Positions 51,815 to 60,100 of a stretch of 64,000 bases of DNA are shown here, in pieces; position 1 is the first letter of the stretch, and the number at the start of each line of letters is the position of its first letter. The notes under the pieces are model-generated. The model searched no databases. It worked only from the letters and a program-made list of their open reading frames with translations, and had not been told where the DNA came from. A program made the position numbers and the translations under genes. Source of the stretch: Patescibacteria group bacterium (lineage in GTDB: Bacteria > Patescibacteriota > Minisyncoccia > Phycocordibacterales > CAIZLB01); NCBI GenBank assembly GCA_040384865.1, contig JAZKIM010000006.1, positions 988 through 64,987 of the forward strand, written 5' to 3'.

Positions 51815-52408
51815 ATGATTGAACAATTGTCTTCTGAAGTTTCGCCTTTCATTCTTACACTATTACTTAAATATAAATATTTAGTCCTTTTTCCCATTCT
51901 CGTTGTGGAAGGCCCCATCGTCACTATACTGTCGGGAGCCTTGGCCACACCCGAAGCGCACGTGTTTTCCATCGTTCCCCTGTTCTTCTTTGTTGTCTTC
52001 GCCGATCTCTTCGGCGATACGTTCTATTATTTGATAGGAAGGTACGCTGGTGAAAAGGTATTAAATAGGATCAGCGAGAAAAAGCATGTTGATTATCACC
52101 AAAAGATTACGGACTATTTTGAAAAATATGGTGGACGAACGTTGATTATTGGAAAAATAAGTCACGGTCTCGGATGGCCAGTGATGGTATTTGCAGGAAG
52201 TGTACATATGAACTACGCAAGATTCATGACATTTAATCTTTTTACCAGTCTTATTAAAAGCATTGTCCTGATTTTAATAGGATACTTATACTCCGAGAAT
52301 TATAGACAGATAGTTTCTTATTTCGGCTCAGTAAGCGCAACGATTACAATAACAGCTCTTGTTGTGCTACTGATATATCTATTCGTCTATTCGAGAAAGG
52401 TTCGATGA
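51815..52408 (+). CDS. DedA family membrane protein
   Basis: VEGP, GDTFYY.IGR, 'FEKYG...IIGK'. Confidence 0.88.
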   Translation: MIEQLSSEVSPFILTLLLKYKYLVLFPILVVEGPIVTILSGALATPEAHVFSIVPLFFFVVFADLFGDTFYYLIGRYAGEKVLNRISEKKHVDYHQKITDYFEKYGGRTLIIGKISHGLGWPVMVFAGSVHMNYARFMTFNLFTSLIKSIVLILIGYLYSENYRQIVSYFGSVSATITITALVVLLIYLFVYSRKVR

Positions 52409-52546
52409 ACCCTATCATGAAGCTTTAATTAAGATTGCATAAGCTGTGCATAACCAGGTGGAAAACTTGTTGACATCATGTGGATGAGGTATAGCATTAG
52501 ACACAGGGAAGCACGGATTGTCAACAATCAACTAGAGGAAACATAT

Positions 52547-52693
52547 ATGGTGTCGCACAGTTACAACCGAAAAATCGACCTGCTCGAAGCAGTCACGCAG
52601 TTACTGACGCAAGGGTTACCACCACCGCGTCTGAAGGAAGCAATTCGCAACCTCAAAAAACAGCGGGCTCTCAGCCGACCGGCTATCGGCTAA
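52547..52693 (+). CDS. Small hypothetical protein (48 aa)
   Basis: TTGACA promoter (~52470), GAGGA Shine-Dalgarno, downstream hairpin. Confidence 0.4.
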   Translation: MVSHSYNRKIDLLEAVTQLLTQGLPPPRLKEAIRNLKKQRALSRPAIG

Positions 52694-52784
52694 AACAAGG
52701 CTGGCTTTGCGCCGGCGCTGAAAAGGACCGATCCCCCGCTTACGCGATGGACCGGCCCTTTCTATTAAAAAATCTCTCCACCTT

Positions 52785-52907
52785 TTATACCCAATAGACT
52801 AAGATAAGTGCCATTACGATCAACGACACGAGATAATATCCAATGTTGATCCACCATAACTTCCAAGGTTTTTCCTCCCAGAGTCCGCCGAGCAAAACAG
52901 GAACGAT
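52785..52907 (-). pseudogene. 5'-truncated DUF1761-like membrane protein remnant
   Basis: Reads IVPVLLGGLWEEKPWKLWWINIGYYLVSLIVMALILVYWV*, with no upstream start codon (in-frame TAG upstream). Confidence 0.6.
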
Positions 52908-52956
52908 GTGTTTTAAAGCGGTAACTACCTGAAATATTAAAACCAGTAAAATCTAA

Positions 52957-53352
52957 TTAATCCCTAAGAATCTCAGGTATCCGACTTCGGGGAATCTTTC
53001 TTACAAACACAGTCTTTTCTTTCTGAATATAAACCTTCACTAAACGGTGTAATCCATCTAAAATAAGCCACCTTCCTTTATTCTCCATAATATCTATTGG
53101 ATGAATTAAATCAGCAGCTTGGACTTTGGCGTAATGTGTCTTTTCAATCTCAGGATGTTTAATAACATCCCAGGCTTTAAGGTTGTAGTCGTCTGTCCCT
53201 TCCTTTTCCCAAAATGGAATATCAAAATGCCAAAGCAATTCATTTATATCAATCTCTTCTGTTGGCTCATCTAAAGCCCAAACCTTCTTTGAACTCCAAT
53301 CAAAATCAAATCCAACATCTTTAATAATTTGTGGTACTTCAGAATCTTTCAT
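52957..53352 (-). CDS. ParB/sulfiredoxin-like small protein (cassette cargo)
   Basis: 'PIDI......ILDGLHRL'. Confidence 0.65.
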   Translation of the reverse strand: MKDSEVPQIIKDVGFDFDWSSKKVWALDEPTEEIDINELLWHFDIPFWEKEGTDDYNLKAWDVIKHPEIEKTHYAKVQAADLIHPIDIMENKGRWLILDGLHRLVKVYIQKEKTVFVRKIPRSRIPEILRD

Positions 53353-53430
53353 TCCTAGAGTATATCAAAACAAAAAGTTCGATTCCTAATAGCCTATTTC
53401 AACCATATACCCGACGGGAGATTATAATTA

Positions 53431-53487
53431 GGGGGCGCGACTACCGGAACCTTATACTGGAGGTATTTTACGACCGAAAATACTTAA
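53431..53487 (-). repeat. Cassette junction site E (tRNA-His 3'-like core plus type II arm)
   Basis: 27-bp identity ccggaaccttatactggaggtatttta with 54773-54799. Confidence 0.85.
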
Positions 53488-53510
53488 AATCCCTTATTGA
53501 GAATCTATGG

Positions 53511-54014
53511 TTAATTAACCTTTAATCTATTAATCAACTTATTAACATCCCTTTGATTCTTAAGAATGATCAATTCTTTCCCTTCGATACCCTCTTCAAC
53601 TTTCTTAAACATTTTTTTACGCGGAAACCTTATGACAAATCTCATATGACTCCATTCCAATCTATCTTTATTGTTTCCTCCCATATCAGGTCTTACTTTG
53701 TTGAAATTTAAAATATATCTTTTTAGAGACCTCCACAGAACAACAATCTTAGGCAAGTCAAAAACTATAACAGTGTCCGCCACTTTTACCCTGTCTTCAA
53801 TGTTCCTAATATAATTTCCATCGATGATCCATTTTTCTTCTTTTAAAATACTGCCCACGCTTTGATTGAACTCGTCCATCGGCGTTTCCGTCCAATTCTC
53901 TTTCCAATAGTATTTATCCAAATAATGAACAGGGAGATTCAAAATACTACCCAACTTTGTTGCTAGGGTTGATTTACCAGATCCAGGACAACCTATAATA
54001 ATTACTCTATTCAA
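53511..54014 (-). CDS. Adenylate-kinase-like P-loop protein (FlaR/'topology modulation' family)
   Basis: IIGCPGSGKSTLA, LD.YYW..NW, WIIDGNY. Confidence 0.85.
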   Translation of the reverse strand: MNRVIIIGCPGSGKSTLATKLGSILNLPVHYLDKYYWKENWTETPMDEFNQSVGSILKEEKWIIDGNYIRNIEDRVKVADTVIVFDLPKIVVLWRSLKRYILNFNKVRPDMGGNNKDRLEWSHMRFVIRFPRKKMFKKVEEGIEGKELIILKNQRDVNKLINRLKVN

Positions 54015-54420
54015 GAAATATTTTATTATTTAAAAAGGCAGAAATTACTCTTTTGTGACCGATAAAAATATCTTCAGGCAACTGATCTAGAGGAAACCAT
54101 TCCCATCCATAACATTTATCAGGTTCGATATTTTCTGGTTCACCAATAACACTACTCGCCAAGAAATTTATATGAATATAATGCTTATCTTCACCAAGCA
54201 TTGGCTCATTCACAATACTCAAGAAAGAAAGGTTCGCGTTTAAACCAGTTTCTTCTTTAAGTTCTCTTTTTGCAGCATCCACCAAATACTCCATATATTC
54301 CAAATGTCCTCCTGGTAAACCGTAAAAGCCATCGCTTGAAGGTTTTCGTCTTTTCCCTAAAAGTAACTTATTGTCTTTAATTACAAAGATATTTACAGCA
54401 ACTTTGGTATATTTATCCAT
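54007..54420 (-). CDS. NUDIX hydrolase
   Basis: PGGHLE....AAKRELKEETG; EPDKC.GWEWF. Confidence 0.92.
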   Translation of the reverse strand: MDKYTKVAVNIFVIKDNKLLLGKRRKPSSDGFYGLPGGHLEYMEYLVDAAKRELKEETGLNANLSFLSIVNEPMLGEDKHYIHINFLASSVIGEPENIEPDKCYGWEWFPLDQLPEDIFIGHKRVISAFLNNKIFLE

Positions 54421-54434
54421 TCGATAAGTATACC

Positions 54435-54495
54435 AAAGTCAGAATAAGCTCCATTTGTATACCCTATCTGAATCTTATTATAACCTTACTTGAAT
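54435..54495 (-). repeat. Cassette junction site D
   Basis: 44/50 identity with 56101-56150. Confidence 0.85.
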
Positions 54496-54541
54496 CTGAC
54501 TACCGCACACATCAAATTGATCTAGGGGATATTCTTTCAAC

Positions 54542-54727
54542 TTAATCAGCTGTTGATTTTGAAACAAGAAAACGTACAGAAAAAATTGAGACTATTAATA
54601 GCGGTAAAAAAATGAAAAAAGCACCTAGTGGGTTATGTTCAAAGCCCATTATTCTGTAAACCACCATTGAAATTAAAACTACAATTACCTGTAGAACTAA
54701 TATCTTATTTTTTCTTGCGTGATGCAT
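54542..54727 (-). CDS. Small two-TM membrane protein (cassette cargo)
   Basis: 61 aa, two hydrophobic helices, TATACT box just upstream. Confidence 0.55.
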   Translation of the reverse strand: MHHARKNKILVLQVIVVLISMVVYRIMGFEHNPLGAFFIFLPLLIVSIFSVRFLVSKSTAD

Positions 54728-54760
54728 TTACAGTAAAGTATACCCTAAATTATCTATAGA

Positions 54761-54816
54761 CGTGGGCGCCTGCCGGAACCTTATACTGGAGGTATTTTAG
54801 GATAGAGAATACTTAA
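54761..54816 (-). repeat. Cassette junction site C
   Basis: cgtgggcg shared with the tRNA-His 3' end, plus the 27-bp block shared with site E. Confidence 0.85.
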
Positions 54817-54891
54817 GAAATGTAATTGAGGTGTTAAATCTGATACAAAGAGAATACCCGCAAGCACAACAGGTGTGCTTGCGGGTATCGG

Positions 54892-55263
54892 TCAGGCAGC
54901 AAGTGCCAGAACCTTCTGCGTTTCATGGCGATTGTCGAGAGACCCGACGCAGCCAAGGTCTTGCTTAGGGACCCAGCTATGTGCAGTCCCTGGCAGAACC
55001 AGCGTGAGCGCGTGTTCAGGGAGACTGATCCGCTCTCCGCATACTTCGACGTCCAGACCTTCAGATTTGTAGAAGGACGGGAAATCGTGCTCGTGAGGTT
55101 CAGTTCTCTTCCCCCGAGGAACAGACTCCATCCCGTGCCGACCAACAGCAAGGGATTCGAACAACGCAGACTCGGTGGTCAGGTCAGCGACCAAGAATGG
55201 ACCTTGGACTCGGAAACTGATTCCACCGAGTTTTTGCATAATCTCCGTTGTTTCGGAATTCAT
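54892..55263 (-). CDS. Cupin-like protein (GC-rich)
   Basis: 'PHEHD...LPGTAHSW'; GGAGG Shine-Dalgarno; terminator at ~54852-54889. Confidence 0.6.
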   Translation of the reverse strand: MNSETTEIMQKLGGISFRVQGPFLVADLTTESALFESLAVGRHGMESVPRGKRTEPHEHDFPSFYKSEGLDVEVCGERISLPEHALTLVLPGTAHSWVPKQDLGCVGSLDNRHETQKVLALAA

Positions 55264-55369
55264 TCAATATCACCTCCTTCTAGGACTATTTGGTCCGATC
55301 TTAGTATAAAAACATGGTGTGTTATGTAAACCTGTTGACACAGCTTGACAACCATACTACCCTACAGCT

Positions 55370-56113
55370 ATGGAATTACTAACCCCGAAGGAAAAACGCA
55401 TCTTGGGTGCTTTATATAAATTAGGTGAGTCCCCTATTAGTAAGATATCCAAAGAAATCTTGCTTAATAGAACTGCTCTCTATCACACGATCGAAGAGCT
55501 TCTTAAAAAAGGATTGGTGACAAAGATTACAAAAGAAGGAGGTGCTTTCTTTCAAGCAATTTCTCAAGACGAGTACAGAAGCTGGGCAAAGAGAAAAATC
55601 AGCTCCCTCACAGAAGAAACATCAAATCTGGGCGACTGGCTAAATAATCAGCAACAGCAACTCCCTACTCTGTATTCTGATATTCGATACTTTGAAGGGG
55701 TTGAGAGCGTTAAGAATCTTTATGAAGACAGCTGGCGAGAAAACAAAGATAAGAAAATTTATTGCATTACCGATTATGACAAAGCATATGACACGTTAAA
55801 TAACTTTCTTGAACAAGAATACTTCCCTGATAGAGTGAAGAGAGGGATTTCTATTAAAAGCTTACTTCCTCAAAGCACTTCTGGAAAAAGAGATATTTCT
55901 AGATCAAAAGAACTTCTTCGGGATATGCGTTTCTTAAATACATTCAAAGATTTAGGAATTGAGCTAAATATCTATGGGTCGAAAGTCTCAATTGTTGCCT
56001 TTGATAAAAAGAAACCTTCCGGTGTCATAATCAAAAATGAAATAATTGCAAAAGCATTCAAAAATATCTTTGAATCACTATGGGCAACAACAAAACCTAT
56101 AAAGTCAGAATAA
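55370..56113 (+). CDS. TrmB family transcriptional regulator
   Basis: wHTH 'RTALYHTIEELLKKGLV'; C-terminal 'YFEG', 'IYGSKV.I....P.G.II.N..IA..F..IFE.LW'. Confidence 0.88.
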   Translation: MELLTPKEKRILGALYKLGESPISKISKEILLNRTALYHTIEELLKKGLVTKITKEGGAFFQAISQDEYRSWAKRKISSLTEETSNLGDWLNNQQQQLPTLYSDIRYFEGVESVKNLYEDSWRENKDKKIYCITDYDKAYDTLNNFLEQEYFPDRVKRGISIKSLLPQSTSGKRDISRSKELLRDMRFLNTFKDLGIELNIYGSKVSIVAFDKKKPSGVIIKNEIIAKAFKNIFESLWATTKPIKSE

Positions 56114-56160
56114 ACACCATTACTATGCCCTATCGGAATCTTATTATAACTTTGCTGAAT
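56101..56160 (-). repeat. Cassette junction site B
   Basis: ccctatcggaatcttattataac; near-identical to site D. Confidence 0.85.
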
Positions 56161-56203
56161 AGAGATATTTGTACCAATTCAATAAAAAATCAATATCTTA
56201 GCC

Positions 56204-56752
56204 TTACAAATTCTTAGATCTATAGACAAAGATGCTGACAATAAGAGCAAGAACACCTAAAGCAATAAAAATCTCTCTGAAGCCAAAGTTTTGTATCAGG
56301 ACTGTTCCTATAAGAGCGGCCATTCCAGTAATAATATATGCAACTGATTGCAGGTCTGCCCATTGAATCGAAGAGTCTTCCTTATTAACATGTTTCGTAT
56401 ACAGGGCATCAAATGCTGGCATACTCAACGCACTCCCAATACTCATTAACACCAAACCCACCAATAAAGAAATATTAGAAAGTGAAAGACCAATTACAAC
56501 AAAAGATACTCCCTTCACAGCATATCCCGATGCAATCAACTTTTTCTTTTCTGAATAACGAGTTTCAAATTTTCCTAAAAAGAAAAGAAAGATTCCTGTG
56601 AGAATTGAAAATAAAGCCAATGAAGAACCGGCAAAGAGGAAACTACCATTCAGAGACTGAATATAAGTTACATAAAACGGAGTAAAGATTGCCCCAATAA
56701 ATGTCATCGTCGAGCTAACAACAATCATTATTTTAAGTTCTTTTTGAAACAT
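56204..56752 (-). CDS. Half-size (6-TM) MFS transporter
   Basis: Six hydrophobic helices with MFS-like spacing. Confidence 0.75.
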   Translation of the reverse strand: MFQKELKIMIVVSSTMTFIGAIFTPFYVTYIQSLNGSFLFAGSSLALFSILTGIFLFFLGKFETRYSEKKKLIASGYAVKGVSFVVIGLSLSNISLLVGLVLMSIGSALSMPAFDALYTKHVNKEDSSIQWADLQSVAYIITGMAALIGTVLIQNFGFREIFIALGVLALIVSIFVYRSKNL

Positions 56753-56782
56753 CGCTAAATTATAGCGTATGTACCTGTAGAT

Positions 56783-56822
56783 ATCTAAGCGTGGGCAGCT
56801 ATCCGAATCTTATTATAACTTT
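56783..56822 (-). repeat. Cassette junction site A (closest match to tRNA-His 3' end)
   Basis: atctaagcgtgggcagctatc-cgaatc versus tRNA atctaatcgtgggcgactatcgggaatc (58221-58248). Confidence 0.85.
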
Positions 56823-56904
56823 AGTCGAACACATGAGTACGATCGACAGCCTGTTTAGGTCACTTAAAAAGATTAAGACCTTCAAGATTTAAAATATGAT
56901 GGAA

Positions 56905-58146
56905 TTAAATTCTTTCCATTGTCACTAGATAAATTAACTCTCCATTCGAAGTGAATGATTGGATCAGGTCATTAGTTTTTACTGGCCACCCTGGCGTGAA
57001 GTTAAAATCCCGTACCGCGACACCGCAAAGACCTGATCTTGGATAAGCATCCGTCTCTTGTTTCATTGTTATCTTTCCATTGTCTACTGAGTAAACTGAA
57101 GTAAGCGGAGGCATTCCAGATATTGAAAGTGATGCCTTATCCATAGCCAGGTTCGAAACCGTCCATCTATACTTACCCTGATCATTGAAAAAGTAATACT
57201 GGTATTTTTCATGCAGAGCATCATCAGGGTCAGGAACCAACCCTGGCTTTATATATGAATAGGTCCGACTCCAGTCTCCGATAACGTCTTCAGCCTGGCA
57301 TAATCTATAATCTTCTTTACTCAAAACTATTTTTTGAGTATCCGTTCTAGGTTCAGTCGTCTCTTGAGAACTTGAATTCCCTTCGTCTATTATCATTCTA
57401 CAAATATCTGCAACAGTATTCCCGTTTTTATCCCGATTTAAAACACCCTCCGTCTCAATTGTTGGGTCAATTGTTAAACCTTTTATACACTCTTCTCTTG
57501 CCATAGCATCATTAAAATGATCGGAGCGGTACAATACACCCTTAGTTAAATAAGCCTGCGCGGTGACACCTGGCAACACTTTAGTGCTAGTAATTTCATT
57601 AAGCACCTCTATTGCCTTTATCTTATTACCACTGGAGTAATATTGTTGTGCTACAAAAAACTTCCCCTCCATGTTTTTATATTCTTGATAGTCTGTCCAA
57701 AGAGGAAGAAGGAATACTACAAATGCGACCAGAACTCCCCAACCAAAATGCTTAAAACCATTCGACTCTTTTACCTCTTTTTTCACTAGCTCAGAACTAC
57801 CGTTGTTTATTTCAGCAAAGGCACGATTAATCTTTTCAATATCCCATCCACCCTGCATATTTAATAATTGGATTATTTCATCTTCCCTCTTTCCCTTGCT
57901 CTGCTGATCTTTAATAAAATTCATCAGTTCCGGGTATATTGAAACTTCTGTTCTCTTTTTTATTTTAGATTTCCACCCCAAGTATATCCATATCGAAAAT
58001 GAAAAAATTGATGCGAGAAAAAAAGCACGCATTAAACCAACACTAACTACAAGAGCCTCCGATGTTCCATATAGGTCGTAATACAGCCAACCACCAACAC
58101 GAGCAACGATACCGAGACCAAGAATAAACCAGGCGGCCTTAATCAT
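56905..58146 (-). CDS. Membrane protein with TPR-like helices (cassette cargo)
   Basis: Three TM segments; 'AQAYLTKGVLY...KGLTIDP' TPR-like. Confidence 0.6.
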   Translation of the reverse strand: MIKAAWFILGLGIVARVGGWLYYDLYGTSEALVVSVGLMRAFFLASIFSFSIWIYLGWKSKIKKRTEVSIYPELMNFIKDQQSKGKREDEIIQLLNMQGGWDIEKINRAFAEINNGSSELVKKEVKESNGFKHFGWGVLVAFVVFLLPLWTDYQEYKNMEGKFFVAQQYYSSGNKIKAIEVLNEITSTKVLPGVTAQAYLTKGVLYRSDHFNDAMAREECIKGLTIDPTIETEGVLNRDKNGNTVADICRMIIDEGNSSSQETTEPRTDTQKIVLSKEDYRLCQAEDVIGDWSRTYSYIKPGLVPDPDDALHEKYQYYFFNDQGKYRWTVSNLAMDKASLSISGMPPLTSVYSVDNGKITMKQETDAYPRSGLCGVAVRDFNFTPGWPVKTNDLIQSFTSNGELIYLVTMERI

Positions 58147-58230
58147 TATGTTTTTATTATAACCTAAAGTTCCATACTCCATCCAAGTTCGCCTATTTAA
58201 TTCACACATACTCCACCAACATCTAATCGT

Positions 58231-58304
58231 GGGCGACTATCGGGAATCGAACCCGAATCGAGAGTTCCACAAACTCCAGTGTTAACCTTTACACCATAGT
58301 CGCC
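58231..58304 (-). tRNA. tRNA-His (GTG)
   Basis: G-1 GCGACTA...TAGTCGC C acceptor; anticodon loop TTGTGGA; T-loop GGTTCGATTCC. Confidence 0.95.
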
Positions 58305-58370
58305 ATGTATTTTGCCGTTGCATGAAATTTCTCTTTTCGAAAACCTCACCAAGACAGCACCGCCGCCGTA

Positions 58371-58931
58371 CTACGAATAGCTCGGCGGCGTCTCAGTTAT
58401 ACCAGATAAATGGTTAGAAAGTCTAGCGAGAGCATAAAGAAGCGATGAGAGACGGTTGAGATATGCGAGGGTTGTCGGGCCAACAAGGGTCCCTTCTTCG
58501 TGGACTTGCACTACCCGTCTCTCCGCTCGACGCGCAATAGTACGAGCGAAATCAAATTTAGCAGCAAGCTCTGTACCTCCTGAAATAAAGAATGATTTGA
58601 TAGGGGGTAACATCTTTTCAGCCGTATCTATAATCTGCTCCACCCTCTTTACCTTCTCCTCAGCAAGACCTTTAGGAAACCCTGCCACCTCAGCTTGAAT
58701 GATGAAAAGTGTTTCTTGAACTCCATGAACAATAGATTCAAAAGTGACAAGGTTTCCATCAATTTCAATTGAGACTTTAGCATTTGCACTCAAAACCTTC
58801 ACAAGACCGAGGAATGAATTGATTTCATCAAGACCACCTAAGGCCTCTGCTCGAGCAGAACTCTTTGAAATTCTTTGATCACAACCAAATGTCTTTGTGG
58901 TTCCCCCATCCCCTTTTCGCGTGTAAAGCAT
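58371..58931 (-). CDS. Cob(I)alamin adenosyltransferase (PduO type)
   Basis: YTRKGDGG.T, G.LDE.NS, RT.ARRAER, YLNRLS. Confidence 0.92.
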   Translation of the reverse strand: MLYTRKGDGGTTKTFGCDQRISKSSARAEALGGLDEINSFLGLVKVLSANAKVSIEIDGNLVTFESIVHGVQETLFIIQAEVAGFPKGLAEEKVKRVEQIIDTAEKMLPPIKSFFISGGTELAAKFDFARTIARRAERRVVQVHEEGTLVGPTTLAYLNRLSSLLYALARLSNHLSGITETPPSYS

Positions 58932-58936
58932 GACTG

Positions 58937-59746
58937 TTATCTAAAAAGAAACGATAATGGTCCATTTTGATCAATGATATCCCTAATGGCACTGTAATGA
59001 ACAAACACTTCTTGAACACCTGCGGCATAAGCTGCAACCTGATATTCCTGGAAGATGATAATTAAGCCGGTATCAGCAAACATGAAGGAAGAGAAGTTTT
59101 CCTTGTCTGGTGTGGTTCCTGATGTAATTTGCGGATAGATATTTTCATCACTGCCGATCTTTTTCTGAAGTTCCGCTCTGGTATACGAAGAGATTCGCTG
59201 CAGGTAATCGCTGGAAGAAAATACATCATCAAGAGTTACTTCCATTCCTGTTGAGGTGTTGTAGTTCAATGTCTCGATGAAGTGTCCTGGATGTGCAGCC
59301 CCTGATTCAAAGAACGATTCAATCAAACGAATTGAAATCAAATTCGGAATAGTGGTATTTGGCTGAATTGAGTAGGTGACATCAAGAGTACTTAGTCCCG
59401 ATCCAGGAAGAGAATCACTAACGTCGTTATTTGATTTCTTAAAATCAGAAATTAATTCATTTATATTTGTAGAAATAGATTTATTGATTTTTATTTGAGC
59501 ATCGGAACGAGTCAATCCAGACAACTGCGGATAGATAACATTAATACTATAACCGGCTTTACTATTTTCATCTTTTATTATCTTACTAGTCACTACCATC
59601 TTTTGTTCAAGTGTCGGAGGGGTTGTTGTCGCAACCTCATCAGTCTGTGATTGCTCCTTTGTTTTTGGGACAAAAACAATTACCAAGATTATAGCGATTA
59701 CTATAATACCGACCGAAATCCAAGTGCGTGATGTATGTGTAGCCAT
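58937..59746 (-). CDS. DUF3298/DUF4163 (RsiV/PdaC-like) membrane-anchored protein
   Basis: GAAHP, L.D.F, F.EYQVA.YAAG. Confidence 0.8.
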   Translation of the reverse strand: MATHTSRTWISVGIIVIAIILVIVFVPKTKEQSQTDEVATTTPPTLEQKMVVTSKIIKDENSKAGYSINVIYPQLSGLTRSDAQIKINKSISTNINELISDFKKSNNDVSDSLPGSGLSTLDVTYSIQPNTTIPNLISIRLIESFFESGAAHPGHFIETLNYNTSTGMEVTLDDVFSSSDYLQRISSYTRAELQKKIGSDENIYPQITSGTTPDKENFSSFMFADTGLIIIFQEYQVAAYAAGVQEVFVHYSAIRDIIDQNGPLSFLFR

Positions 59747-59817
59747 GGATATAGTATATCAAAATGAAAAAATGCACGGGGTGGGTACCAAGCATTTCTT
59801 CATTCTAACTTTATTTG

Positions 59818-59900
59818 TGCGCGGGAGAGGACTTGAACCTCCACACCCGTAAGGGCATAACCACCTCAAGGTTACGTGTCTACCGTTTCACCACCCGCGC
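59818..59900 (-). tRNA. tRNA-Leu (GAG)
   Basis: GCGCGGGTGGTGAAACGGTAGACACG...TTGAGGT..., long variable arm, GGTTCAAGTCC. Confidence 0.95.
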
Positions 59901-60060
59901 GCATATTTGTCAAAAGCCCTCACTAGGGAGTCCCCACTATACCTAAAATTCCATTCACTTTCAACCATTTTCTTCTTAAAAAGATTTTTACTTTTTCGTA
60001 ATACATACCCGACTTTAGTATTCTGGATTCTCTCCTACAACGTTTCAACTTTTGTAATCA

Positions 60061-60088
60061 AAAAAGCCCGCTCTAAAGCGGGCTTTTT
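60061..60088 (-). terminator. Intrinsic terminator after rplS
   Basis: aaaaagcccgct-ctaa-agcgggcttttt. Confidence 0.75.
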
Positions 60089-60100
60089 TGATTCTAGAAA

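Noticed and set aside
53431-56822. Repeats considered as a CRISPR array or classical integron attC sites
   Set aside because: Spacing is gene-sized and irregular, there are no cas genes or intI, and there is no RYYYAAC...GTTRRRY palindromic attC structure.
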